Assembly (NCBI GenBank): GCA_036522235.1
Contig: DATDGG010000191.1
Span: forward strand, 5,466-69,465
Source: Xanthobacteraceae bacterium
Lineage (GTDB): Bacteria; Pseudomonadota; Alphaproteobacteria; Rhizobiales; Xanthobacteraceae
Length of the DNA stretch: 64,000 bases
Direction of reading: 5' to 3'
The translations under genes and the position numbers were made by a program. The notes below the pieces were generated by a model. It worked only from the letters and a program-made list of their open reading frames with translations, was not told where the DNA came from and searched no databases. Below are positions 1-7,863 of the stretch, piece by piece (position 1 is the first letter of the stretch; every line of letters begins with the position of its first letter).

Positions 1-1205
1 AAGACAATCTGGATGATCTGCGCGACCTGGCGCGCGGGGCGCCGGTGGTGCGTGCGATCGACGAGCTGTTGCGGATCGCGGTCGAGCAGCGCGCCACCGA
101 TTTGCACATCGAGCCTTTCGGCAACGTGCTGCAGGTGCGCATCCGCGTCGACGGGCTGTTGCGCAACGTTCCGGCGCCGCCGATGAGCATGGCCAAGGGC
201 GTGCTGTCCCGCCTCAAGATCATGGCCGGCCTGAACATCACCGAGCGGCGCCTGCCGCAGGACGGGCGCGCCCGCATCGTGGTCGGCGGCGCCGAGATCG
301 ACCTGCGCGTCGCCACCATGCCGACCATGCACGGGGAAAGTGGGGTGGTGCGGCTGCTGCGCAAAGGCGCAGGCCTCGTGGCCCTCGACAAGCTCGGCCT
401 CTCGGCGCGCGACGAGGCCATCCTGCGCCGCACCCTGCAGGCGCCGTTCGGCATGATCATCGTGACCGGCCCGACTGGGTCCGGCAAGACCACCACGCTC
501 GCCGCCTCGCTCGCCGAGATCAACGAGCCGAGCCGCAAGATTCTCACCATCGAGGACCCGGTCGAATATCAGATTCCCGGCATCAATCAGACCCAGATTC
601 ACCCCGCCATCGGGCTCACCTTCGCGGCGGCATTGCGTTCGTTCCTGCGCCAGGACCCGGACGTGATCATGGTCGGCGAGATGCGCGATTCCGAGACCGC
701 CCATATCGGGGTTCACGCCGCGCTGACCGGGCATCTGGTGTTGACGACCCTGCATACCAACACCGCGGCCGGTGCGGTGACGCGCCTGATCGACATGGAG
801 GTCGAGAGCTTTCTCCTGGCGTCTTGCGTTCGCGCGCTTGTGGGTCAGCGGCTAGTGCGCGTGCTGTGCGACGGCTGCAAGGAGCCGCATCGCCTGTCGG
901 CGGCCGATATCGCCCAGGATCAGCGTTATGCCGCCTTGGAGCTTTCCGTCGGCGACACGGTCTACCGGCCGAAGGGCTGCGAGTGGTGCGCCTTTTCCGG
1001 CTTTCGCGGGCGCAAGGGCGTGTTCGAGGTCATCGAGGTGACGCCCGCGGTCCGCCGCGCGATCGGGCCCAAGACCGATGCGACCGAGCTCGAAGCGGTC
1101 GCCCGCCGCGAAGGGATGATCGCCATGACGCAGGACGGGGTCGCCAAATGTCGATCCGGAATGACGACGGTCGATGAAATCTTCCGCGTCGCCGTGAGCT
1201 TGTAA
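1..1205 (+). CDS. gspE: Type II secretion ATPase GspE (5' end cut by window edge)
   Basis: Frame open from nt 3 (DNLDDLRDLARGAPVV...). Walker A GPTGSGKTTT and His box LVLTTLHTN. C-terminal CDGC...CEWC tetracysteine. gspF follows. Confidence 0.95.
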   Translation, partial: DNLDDLRDLARGAPVVRAIDELLRIAVEQRATDLHIEPFGNVLQVRIRVDGLLRNVPAPPMSMAKGVLSRLKIMAGLNITERRLPQDGRARIVVGGAEIDLRVATMPTMHGESGVVRLLRKGAGLVALDKLGLSARDEAILRRTLQAPFGMIIVTGPTGSGKTTTLAASLAEINEPSRKILTIEDPVEYQIPGINQTQIHPAIGLTFAAALRSFLRQDPDVIMVGEMRDSETAHIGVHAALTGHLVLTTLHTNTAAGAVTRLIDMEVESFLLASCVRALVGQRLVRVLCDGCKEPHRLSAADIAQDQRYAALELSVGDTVYRPKGCEWCAFSGFRGRKGVFEVIEVTPAVRRAIGPKTDATELEAVARREGMIAMTQDGVAKCRSGMTTVDEIFRVAVSL

Positions 1206-1214
1206 GAGCGCGCC

Positions 1215-2417
1215 ATGCCGCAGTTCCACTACCGCGCCCTGACCCAAGCAGGCGAGCTGGTCGCTGGCCAGGTCGAGGCGCCCTCGCACGAGGAGGTGAT
1301 CCGGCGCATCGAATATCTCGGCCATATGCCGATCGATGCTAAGCCCGCGGCCGCAGGAATCCTCGGGCGCAGCCTCGGCGGGAAAGCGCCGCGCTCCCGC
1401 GACATCACGATTTTCCTGCGCCAGCTCGCTTTGCTGGTCGAAGCCGGGCTGACCTTGGAGGCGGCGCTGCAAACGCTCGCCGACGATGCGAACAAGGCGG
1501 TGGCGCGCTTTTCCACCAATCTGCGCTCCACGATCTCCGCCGGGCACAGCTTTGCAGAAGCCCTGGAGCGCCACCCCGCGATCATCGAGCCGGCCTATGT
1601 GGCCATGGTCCGCGCCGGCGAAGCATCCGGAAAGCTCGAAGGCGCGTTGCGCGCGATCGTCGCGGATCGAACCCGTAAGGACCTGCTCGCCGAGCGCATC
1701 AATTCGGCCATCCGCTACCCGCTCTTCCTGATCGCTTCGGCCATGCTCATCCTGCTGTTCTTCTTGAGCTATGTGGTTCCGCAGTTCGAGATCGTCTTCA
1801 AGGATCTCGGCGACCGGCTCAATTCGGGCGCCGCTTTCGTGCTCGCGGCCTCGACTTGGCTGCACGTCAATTTCGATCTCTTCCTCGGCGGTTGCCTGGT
1901 GGCGGTGCTGAGCGCCTGGCTCGTGCTGCATGATCGTGCGCGGCGCGCGCGGCTCTTGGGTCTGTTGGCCATGATCCCCGGCATTGCCGGGCCCATGCGG
2001 GATCGGCGGACCGCGCGATTGATCGGGACCCTCGGCCTTCTGGTGGCCAACGGTGTTGCGCTACCGGCGGCGCTGAAAATCCTCCGCGACGTCGTGACCG
2101 AGCCGCGCTGCATAGCAGCTCTCGACCGGCTGCATGACCAGGTGCGCAGCGGCCGCCGCTTCGCCGACGCCTTGGCGGAGACGGATCTGCTGCCGCCGCT
2201 CGCGGTACGCATGCTGCGGGTCGGCGACGAGACCGGCGACCTTCCCTCGATCGCAAGCCACGCGGCCGAATTTTACGAGCACAAGCTTGGTCTCGGCCTC
2301 GACCGGCTCATGGGCGCCGTCGGTCCGGCGACCATCATCCTGGTGAGCGTTGTCATCGGGACGTTAATTATCTCCATTATGAGCGCTCTGTTGAGCATAA
2401 CGGAACTTGCCCTATGA
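1215..2417 (+). CDS. gspF: Type II secretion inner-membrane platform protein GspF
   Basis: 400 aa with two repeated T2SS-F-like halves and 3 TM segments. Lies between gspE and gspG. Confidence 0.93.
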   Translation: MPQFHYRALTQAGELVAGQVEAPSHEEVIRRIEYLGHMPIDAKPAAAGILGRSLGGKAPRSRDITIFLRQLALLVEAGLTLEAALQTLADDANKAVARFSTNLRSTISAGHSFAEALERHPAIIEPAYVAMVRAGEASGKLEGALRAIVADRTRKDLLAERINSAIRYPLFLIASAMLILLFFLSYVVPQFEIVFKDLGDRLNSGAAFVLAASTWLHVNFDLFLGGCLVAVLSAWLVLHDRARRARLLGLLAMIPGIAGPMRDRRTARLIGTLGLLVANGVALPAALKILRDVVTEPRCIAALDRLHDQVRSGRRFADALAETDLLPPLAVRMLRVGDETGDLPSIASHAAEFYEHKLGLGLDRLMGAVGPATIILVSVVIGTLIISIMSALLSITELAL

Positions 2418-2869
2418 ACACGCACGCTCTGACCGGGCGGGTGGCTGCCGGAATTCGGCGGCTGCCCAAAGACGGCTATACGCTGATCGAGATGCTGGTC
2501 GTGCTGACGATCATCAGCATGATCGTCGGCCTCGTCGGGCCCCGGGTTCTGAGCTATCTCGGCCAGTCGCGGGTGAAGACCGCCAAGCTGCAGATCGAGA
2601 GCTTGAGCTCCGCGCTTGATCTCTTCTACATGGATGCGGGCCGCTACCCGACGAGCTCCGAGGGCCTCGACGCGCTCGCCAAGCGGCCGACCGATGTCGA
2701 GAACTGGAATGGCCCTTACCTCAAGGGCTCGCGCGTGCCGGTCGATCCCTGGGGGCACGCCTACCACTATCGTTCGCTGACCGATCATCTTCCGCCCTAT
2801 GAGATCGTCTCCTTCGGGTCGGACGGCCGCGAGGGCAGCGGGGACAATATTTCGAATGTCGAGCACTGA
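2414..2869 (+). CDS. gspG: Major pseudopilin GspG
   Basis: Prepilin leader ending G|YTLIEMLVVLTII. Conserved GspG core (RVKTAKLQIESLSSALDLFYMDAGRYP, DPWGHAYHY, GSDG). ATGA overlap with gspF. Confidence 0.93.
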   Translation: MNTHALTGRVAAGIRRLPKDGYTLIEMLVVLTIISMIVGLVGPRVLSYLGQSRVKTAKLQIESLSSALDLFYMDAGRYPTSSEGLDALAKRPTDVENWNGPYLKGSRVPVDPWGHAYHYRSLTDHLPPYEIVSFGSDGREGSGDNISNVEH

Positions 2870-3308
2870 CCGCGAGGGCGGCTTCACGCTCCTCGAGGTC
2901 ACGGCGGTGATGCTGATCATCGCCCTTGTCGCGACGCTTGTGATCACCATGACGCCCGGAACCGGGCGCGCCGGATTGAAAGCCGTCACGTTGCAGGCCG
3001 CGGCCCTGCTGCGGCGCCAGCGTACGGAGGCCATTCTGGGCGGCCGCGAGCGGCACGTTGCGCTCGACGGCGCCCGCCGCATTCTGGTCGGCGACGGCGG
3101 CGACGCCGTCGCCGTCCCACGCGATGTCGCGGTCGACCTGCTCGGCGCCGATGCGATCTGGTCGGGACGGCAAGCGGTCGTTCGCTTCGACCCGGACGGG
3201 GCGTCGACGGGCGCCGTGCTCAGGCTTTCGCACGAAAAGGCCGAATATGAGATTCGCGTCAATTGGTTCACCGGCAGCGTCGACGTCGTTGCGACGTCGG
3301 CGCCATAG
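2856..3308 (+). CDS. gspH: Minor pseudopilin, GspH-like
   Basis: Internal ATG of ORF 2799-3308 gives MSSTDREGG|FTLLEVTAVMLIIALV prepilin N-terminus. Position after gspG. Confidence 0.75.
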   Translation: MSSTDREGGFTLLEVTAVMLIIALVATLVITMTPGTGRAGLKAVTLQAAALLRRQRTEAILGGRERHVALDGARRILVGDGGDAVAVPRDVAVDLLGADAIWSGRQAVVRFDPDGASTGAVLRLSHEKAEYEIRVNWFTGSVDVVATSAP

Positions 3309-3726
3309 CCGACGCGGCTTCACGCTGCTGGAGGCGCTGGTCGCCCTGACGGTCGTCTTGGCGTTTGCCGCGGCGCTCGGCCCGGTCCTGTTTCAGGCGC
3401 GCCGTATCATGGCGAGCGCCGATGACCGGGTCGCGGCGCAGATCCTTCTGCGCGCGCTGCTGGCCGATCCGGTCGATCCCGCAAGCCTGAGCAGTCTTTC
3501 GCGTGAGGGCGAGAGCGCCGGCTTGCGGTGGCGCGTGACTGCGGAGCCTGCGACCATCGAGGCCATGTTTCCGCGCACTGCATCGGCCCCGCGCGCCGCC
3601 ACGGCCGGTCCCGCGCAGCCGCTGCCGAGCTGGGTCGCCTACCGGGTGGTCGCGCGCGTCTCCTGGGCGGCGGGGCAGTTCGTCAGCGCCGAGACCGTGC
3701 GGCTCGGAAAGTCGGAATCGGAATAA
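3289..3726 (+). CDS. gspI: Minor pseudopilin, GspI-like
   Basis: Prepilin motif RRG|FTLLEALVALTVV. TTG at 3289 gives a 10-aa basic leader; the alternative ATG at 3247 gives a 24-aa leader. Confidence 0.65.
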   Translation: MRRRRHSRRGFTLLEALVALTVVLAFAAALGPVLFQARRIMASADDRVAAQILLRALLADPVDPASLSSLSREGESAGLRWRVTAEPATIEAMFPRTASAPRAATAGPAQPLPSWVAYRVVARVSWAAGQFVSAETVRLGKSESE

Positions 3727-3729
3727 GCC

Positions 3730-4491
3730 ATGAGCCGCGATCGCGCACCGTCCGCAAAGCAGGGCTTCACTTTGGTCGAAGTCCTGGCCGCGCTTGCGAT
3801 CGCGTCAGTCATCGTCATGGCAACCGCCGCGCTCATGCACAATGTCGTACTTTCGTTCGATCGGGGTGCGAACCGCGCGAGCGCGGGGGAGCGCCTCGTG
3901 CTTGCGGCCGAGCGTCTTGCAACCGATATCGGCTCCGCCCGTTTTGTGCTGCAGGGGACATCGCCGGGCGCGCTTGCGGCCTTCGTGGGCGGTCCGACGA
4001 AAATCACCTTCATCGGCGCTGGAATTGTCGATCCTGCTGCGCGCCGGGAGGGAGGCATGCCGGCGGTGCCGGAAGTCATCAGCGTGGCGGTCGAGGCGGG
4101 CGATGACACGACCGCGTTGGTCCGCCGCCGCGGCGCTTGGCGCGACCCGCGCGCGCGGCTCGCCGATGTGGCGTTGCGCGACGAGGTCGTGCTGGTTGCG
4201 GGACAGTTCGACGCGGCCTTCTCGTTCGCGCGCATGGGGCCGGAGGGCGCGCTCTCCTGGAGCAGCAGCTGGGCCGGCGAGCAGACCCTGCCGCGCCTGG
4301 TGAAGCTCAGCCTGCGCGATCGCTTGAGCGGCGTCGATTTGCTGGGCGGGGCCGAATTCGTGATCCGATCCGACGCATCGCGCGCCTGCGCGCAAGCGGG
4401 CGCCACCACGGACTGCCTCGCCAATCCGGCCGGCCCCCGGCCCGGAGCCGCGCCTGCGAATTCCCCGATGCCGACAGGGGGGCGCCGGTGA
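3730..4491 (+). CDS. gspJ: Minor pseudopilin, GspJ-like
   Basis: MSRDRAPSAKQG|FTLVEVLAALAIASV prepilin N-terminus. About 250 aa, with the expected position. Confidence 0.7.
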   Translation: MSRDRAPSAKQGFTLVEVLAALAIASVIVMATAALMHNVVLSFDRGANRASAGERLVLAAERLATDIGSARFVLQGTSPGALAAFVGGPTKITFIGAGIVDPAARREGGMPAVPEVISVAVEAGDDTTALVRRRGAWRDPRARLADVALRDEVVLVAGQFDAAFSFARMGPEGALSWSSSWAGEQTLPRLVKLSLRDRLSGVDLLGGAEFVIRSDASRACAQAGATTDCLANPAGPRPGAAPANSPMPTGGRR

Positions 4492-5396
4492 ATAGCAAAA
4501 CGCGCGCGGGGGTGATCCTGCTGACCGTCCTGTGGACGGTCGCCTTGCTCGCGACGCTGGCCATGGCGGCGTCGCTGACCTTTCGCGGTTTCGCTTCGAT
4601 CATGGCCATCGACCGCGACCGCGCGAAAGTCGACGGGCTCTTGACCGCGGGCCTCGAAGTGGCGGCTGGCCTCGCGTCGAGCGCCGGAGAGAGGCCACTG
4701 CTTGGTGTGGAATCCACGGTCACGCTGTCGAGCGGAACCGTGCGCATCCGTCTCGACGATGAAGGCGGCCGCATCGACATCGGAAAGGCGCCGCCCGAAG
4801 TGCTCGCGGCCTTGCTGCGCTCGATTGGAGCACCCGAGGCAGATGCGGTCGCTCGCGCGATCGTCACTTGGCGCAAGCCCGACACGGATGCCGGCCAGCC
4901 GCAAGCGCCCGCTGCCGCGAGCGCGTCCAATGCCGTGACCGCGAACGCGTCCAATACCACGACTGTCGCCAAGGCCGGCGCTCCAGACTCGATCTTCACC
5001 GATGTGGCGCAACTCGCCCAAGTCCCCGGCATGCGTCCGCAATGGATTGCCGCGTTCGCTCCGCTCGTCACCGTGTTCGGCAACGAGACCGTCAATCCGC
5101 TGACCGCGCCGGCTCAAGTCCTGGCGGTGCTTCCCGGTGTCGACCCGGCGCGGCTTGCGGCTTTTCTCGATGCGCGCTCGGTCATGACGGATCCTCAGCA
5201 GGCGGCGGCGAGCTTCGGAGCGGCGCAGACTTTTCTCGCGGTCAAGCCGGCGCAGGCGGTAGCGGTGCATCTCGCCGCCGCGCTGGCCGATGGCTACGCG
5301 GCCGAGGCCGAGGCCGTGATCGTCTGTCTGCCGAAGGATCGCCAGCCCTGTCGGGTCCTAGCCTGGAATCCCGTAGCGCCGCGCTCACGGCCTTAA
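4488..5396 (+). CDS. gspK: Minor pseudopilin GspK-like
   Basis: GTG at 4488 overlaps the gspJ stop (GTGA). N-terminus VNSKTRAGVILLTVLWTVALLATLA lacks the Glu+5 prepilin type, as is typical of GspK. About 300 aa. Confidence 0.75.
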   Translation: MNSKTRAGVILLTVLWTVALLATLAMAASLTFRGFASIMAIDRDRAKVDGLLTAGLEVAAGLASSAGERPLLGVESTVTLSSGTVRIRLDDEGGRIDIGKAPPEVLAALLRSIGAPEADAVARAIVTWRKPDTDAGQPQAPAAASASNAVTANASNTTTVAKAGAPDSIFTDVAQLAQVPGMRPQWIAAFAPLVTVFGNETVNPLTAPAQVLAVLPGVDPARLAAFLDARSVMTDPQQAAASFGAAQTFLAVKPAQAVAVHLAAALADGYAAEAEAVIVCLPKDRQPCRVLAWNPVAPRSRP

Positions 5397-5416
5397 AACG
5401 GGCGCGTGCCCGATGG

Positions 5417-6463
5417 ATGGAGCTCATGCCGATACTCGCGGTCTGGACAAGGTGGATCGAAATTCTTGCCGGCCTCTTGGTGGCCATGCACGAGGCCTGG
5501 CGGTCGCGGCGCGCGCTCTCCGTCGCGCTCGAAGACAAACGCCTGGTCGTTCGTTCCGGCGTCGACGGCGCGAGGGCGAAAGTGCCGGCCGCGGCCGAGC
5601 TCGCCGGCGCGGCGCGCCGGCATTGCATCACGCTCGAGCTTCCCGCCGAGGAGGTCGTGCTGCAGCGGATCAACGTGCCGGCGCGGGCGCGCGAGTTTCT
5701 TCCCGGAATCGTGCGCAACCAGATCGAGCGCCTGTCGCCCTGGCCGGCCGACCAAGTGGTCTACGGGTTCGATGCCACGGCGAGCGAAGGCGATGCGGAC
5801 ACGCTCGACGCGCGCGTCATGATGACGTCGCGCGCCGCGGTCGAGGCGGCGCGCGGCGAGCTCGCCGCGCTCGGGGTGACGGCCGATCGGATCGTTGCCC
5901 GCGAGGTCGGTGATACGCCCGCGCCGCCGCTGACTTTGTGGTCGCGGTTCGACAACGGGCCGGGGAGGGGGCTTGAACGGGCCCACCGGATGGTCGGCGT
6001 TGCGGTGCTCGCCACGGTGCTGGCGAGCGGCAGCGTCGCGGCCTGGGCGCTCGCATCGGCGAGCGCCTTGCGCACGGAGAGCGAGGACGTGGCGGCGCGC
6101 GCGGCCACGCTGCAGCGGCAGTTGCAGGGGGCGCGCGCGGCAGCGCCGAGCGCATCGCTCGCTCCGCCCGAGCGCGCCTGGGCTTTGAAAGACACCGCGC
6201 CCGCGGGCGTGATCGTTCTCGACACGCTGTCGCAGGCGTTGCCGGATAGCGCCTATCTCACCGAGCTCACGCTGCAGAAGTCGACCGTGCGGATCGTCGG
6301 CTTGACCAGCGATGCCCCCGCGCTGATCGCCCCGCTCGAGCATTTCGGGCAGTTCGCCGATGTGCGTTTTTTTGCGCCGACCACGCGCGGTCCCGACGGC
6401 AGGCTGTTCTGGTTTCACATCGAGGCACGAGTCGAGCCGCATAACGGCGGCGCGGAGGACTGA
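5417..6463 (+). CDS. gspL: GspL-like inner-membrane assembly protein
   Basis: Internal ATG (MELMPILAVW...) of ORF 4868-6463 lies just after the gspK stop. Central TM (VGVAVLATVLASGSVAAWALA) and a PilN-like C-terminal part. Position before the gspM-like gene. Confidence 0.65.
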   Translation: MELMPILAVWTRWIEILAGLLVAMHEAWRSRRALSVALEDKRLVVRSGVDGARAKVPAAAELAGAARRHCITLELPAEEVVLQRINVPARAREFLPGIVRNQIERLSPWPADQVVYGFDATASEGDADTLDARVMMTSRAAVEAARGELAALGVTADRIVAREVGDTPAPPLTLWSRFDNGPGRGLERAHRMVGVAVLATVLASGSVAAWALASASALRTESEDVAARAATLQRQLQGARAAAPSASLAPPERAWALKDTAPAGVIVLDTLSQALPDSAYLTELTLQKSTVRIVGLTSDAPALIAPLEHFGQFADVRFFAPTTRGPDGRLFWFHIEARVEPHNGGAED

Positions 6464-6465
6464 TC

Positions 6466-7017
6466 ATGAGAATGCTCAACCGTCCACAGGTGATCGCGGT
6501 GGCGGCGCTGGGCCTGGTGCTGGTCGCATGCGCCCTGTCGGTCGCGCTCACGCTCGAATTGCGCTTCGATGCGGTCCAGGAACTTTCGGACCGGCAGGAC
6601 GTGCTGGCGCGCCTGGAGACGCGCGCGCGTGCGCGGAGCGAGGCGCGCGGCCCGGGCCGAACCGCGGCGGCGCCCGCCCAGGCCTTCCTGGACGCGCCGA
6701 CCGCGGGCCTGGCGGGCGCCGAGCTGCAGGCCTATGTGGCGCGGCTCGCCGACCAGCACGCGGTGCTGGTATCGTTCGGAACACAGGCTTCCGCCGGCGA
6801 GGATGCGGCCGACGCGGTTCGGATCGAGGCGAGCCTCGAGGTCGGCCTCGCCGCGCTGCAAGTGCTGCTCCACCAGCTGGAGACCGGCACGCCTTATGTA
6901 TTTGTAGAATCCATGACGGTCCGCCCGGTGACCGCGACCGCTACGGGCGGCGCGGAAAATGCGCCGCTGCGGGTGACGTTGGGCTTGCGGGCGCTATGGC
7001 GGCGGAGGACGGCATGA
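6466..7017 (+). CDS. gspM: GspM-like bitopic inner-membrane protein
   Basis: 183 aa with a single N-terminal TM (VIAVAALGLVLVACALSVALTL). Position after gspL and tight spacing. Confidence 0.6.
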   Translation: MRMLNRPQVIAVAALGLVLVACALSVALTLELRFDAVQELSDRQDVLARLETRARARSEARGPGRTAAAPAQAFLDAPTAGLAGAELQAYVARLADQHAVLVSFGTQASAGEDAADAVRIEASLEVGLAALQVLLHQLETGTPYVFVESMTVRPVTATATGGAENAPLRVTLGLRALWRRRTA

Positions 7018-7550
7018 CTGATTTTCACCGCCGGGCGATGATCGCTTGTCTCCTCCTCCTGCACGCGCCGGCGCTCGCGGCTGATGCGGGGGCTCCGCCC
7101 GACCCTCCATCCGGCCTGGTCAATCCGCTCGCGGCCTGGTCGCTTGATCGGCTGTCGGCCACCCGCGATCGGCCGCTATTCGCCCCGACCCGTCGCCCGT
7201 CGCCTCCGCCGCCCGCGCCGGTCGCCCGCGTCATCGAGGCGGCGCCGGCGGCACCGCCGCCAAGGCTCACCCTGCTCGGGATCGTGACCGAAGCCGATGG
7301 CGCCCGCGCCATGGTGCGTACCGAAGCGTCCGACAAGGTGGTCCGGGCGCGGCTCGGCGATGAGATCGCGGGATGGAAGGTGACACAGATCGAGCCGCGC
7401 CGCGTCATCCTCTCGCTTGACGAGCGTTCCGTCAGCTTTACGCTGTTTGCTGGCGTGGGAGCAAAGGCCACGCGCGCCCCGTCCGGCCCCCCCGACCCGC
7501 AGGCGCAGAATGTGGCGGAGGAACGGATCGACCGCCGATCCGGCCGTTAG
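7014..7550 (+). CDS. GspC/GspN-like secretin-interacting protein (PilP-like HR domain)
   Basis: ATGA overlap with gspM. Signal/anchor MIACLLLLHAPALAA, a Pro-rich linker, then LTLLGIVTEADGARAMVRT...LGDEIAGWKVTQIEPRRVILS, resembling the GspC HR/PilP fold pattern. Confidence 0.45.
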   Translation: MTDFHRRAMIACLLLLHAPALAADAGAPPDPPSGLVNPLAAWSLDRLSATRDRPLFAPTRRPSPPPPAPVARVIEAAPAAPPPRLTLLGIVTEADGARAMVRTEASDKVVRARLGDEIAGWKVTQIEPRRVILSLDERSVSFTLFAGVGAKATRAPSGPPDPQAQNVAEERIDRRSGR

Positions 7551-7863
7551 GTCCTCAACAACAAAAAGTTTGGAGATCAATCGCCGATCCTTGGATCGAT
7601 CAGCCCGTGTTCTGGTATCCGGGTGCGCGCGGGAAGTTCATGTGGCATTTGCGCAACATAGCTTCGCCACCGCTGTCATGTAACCGTTATCTCCAAGCCA
7701 TAGCTTGCCTTCCGACGCTTCCGGTAGGCGCCCGCCTACAATCAACCGCGCCGCGCGGGGGTTTGCGCGCGTTTGACGGGGGCTCATCGCGCGTACCGAT
7801 CGGCGGGGATCGTCGAGGGGGTGAGGGGGAGTTGTTGGTTTGCGATGCGTCCAATGGCTGCAT

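Noticed and set aside
3639-5270. Very long ORFs antisense or out of frame to clear genes. Examples: 852-1931(-), 3639-5270(-), 2273-3271(-), 10331-11692(-), 10495-12003(+), 25590-26714(-), 35548-36765(-), 41411-42601(+), 44709-45719(-), 52041-53447(-), 54991-56031(+).
   Set aside because: These are typical shadow ORFs of GC-rich DNA. Their products are Arg/Pro/Gly/Ala-rich without motifs. Each fully overlaps a gene whose product has unmistakable family signatures.
4137-7550. N-terminal extensions offered by the ORF track: 4137, 4868 and 6360 for gspK/L/C-like; 10172 for gspO; 25186 for mptG; 33470 for the HAD gene; 41550 for the ABC ATPase; 60681 for MaoC.
   Set aside because: The extensions overlap the preceding gene extensively and are Arg/Pro-rich. 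Internal starts coincide with stop-start coupling, SD sequences or the beginning of the recognisable domain or signal peptide.
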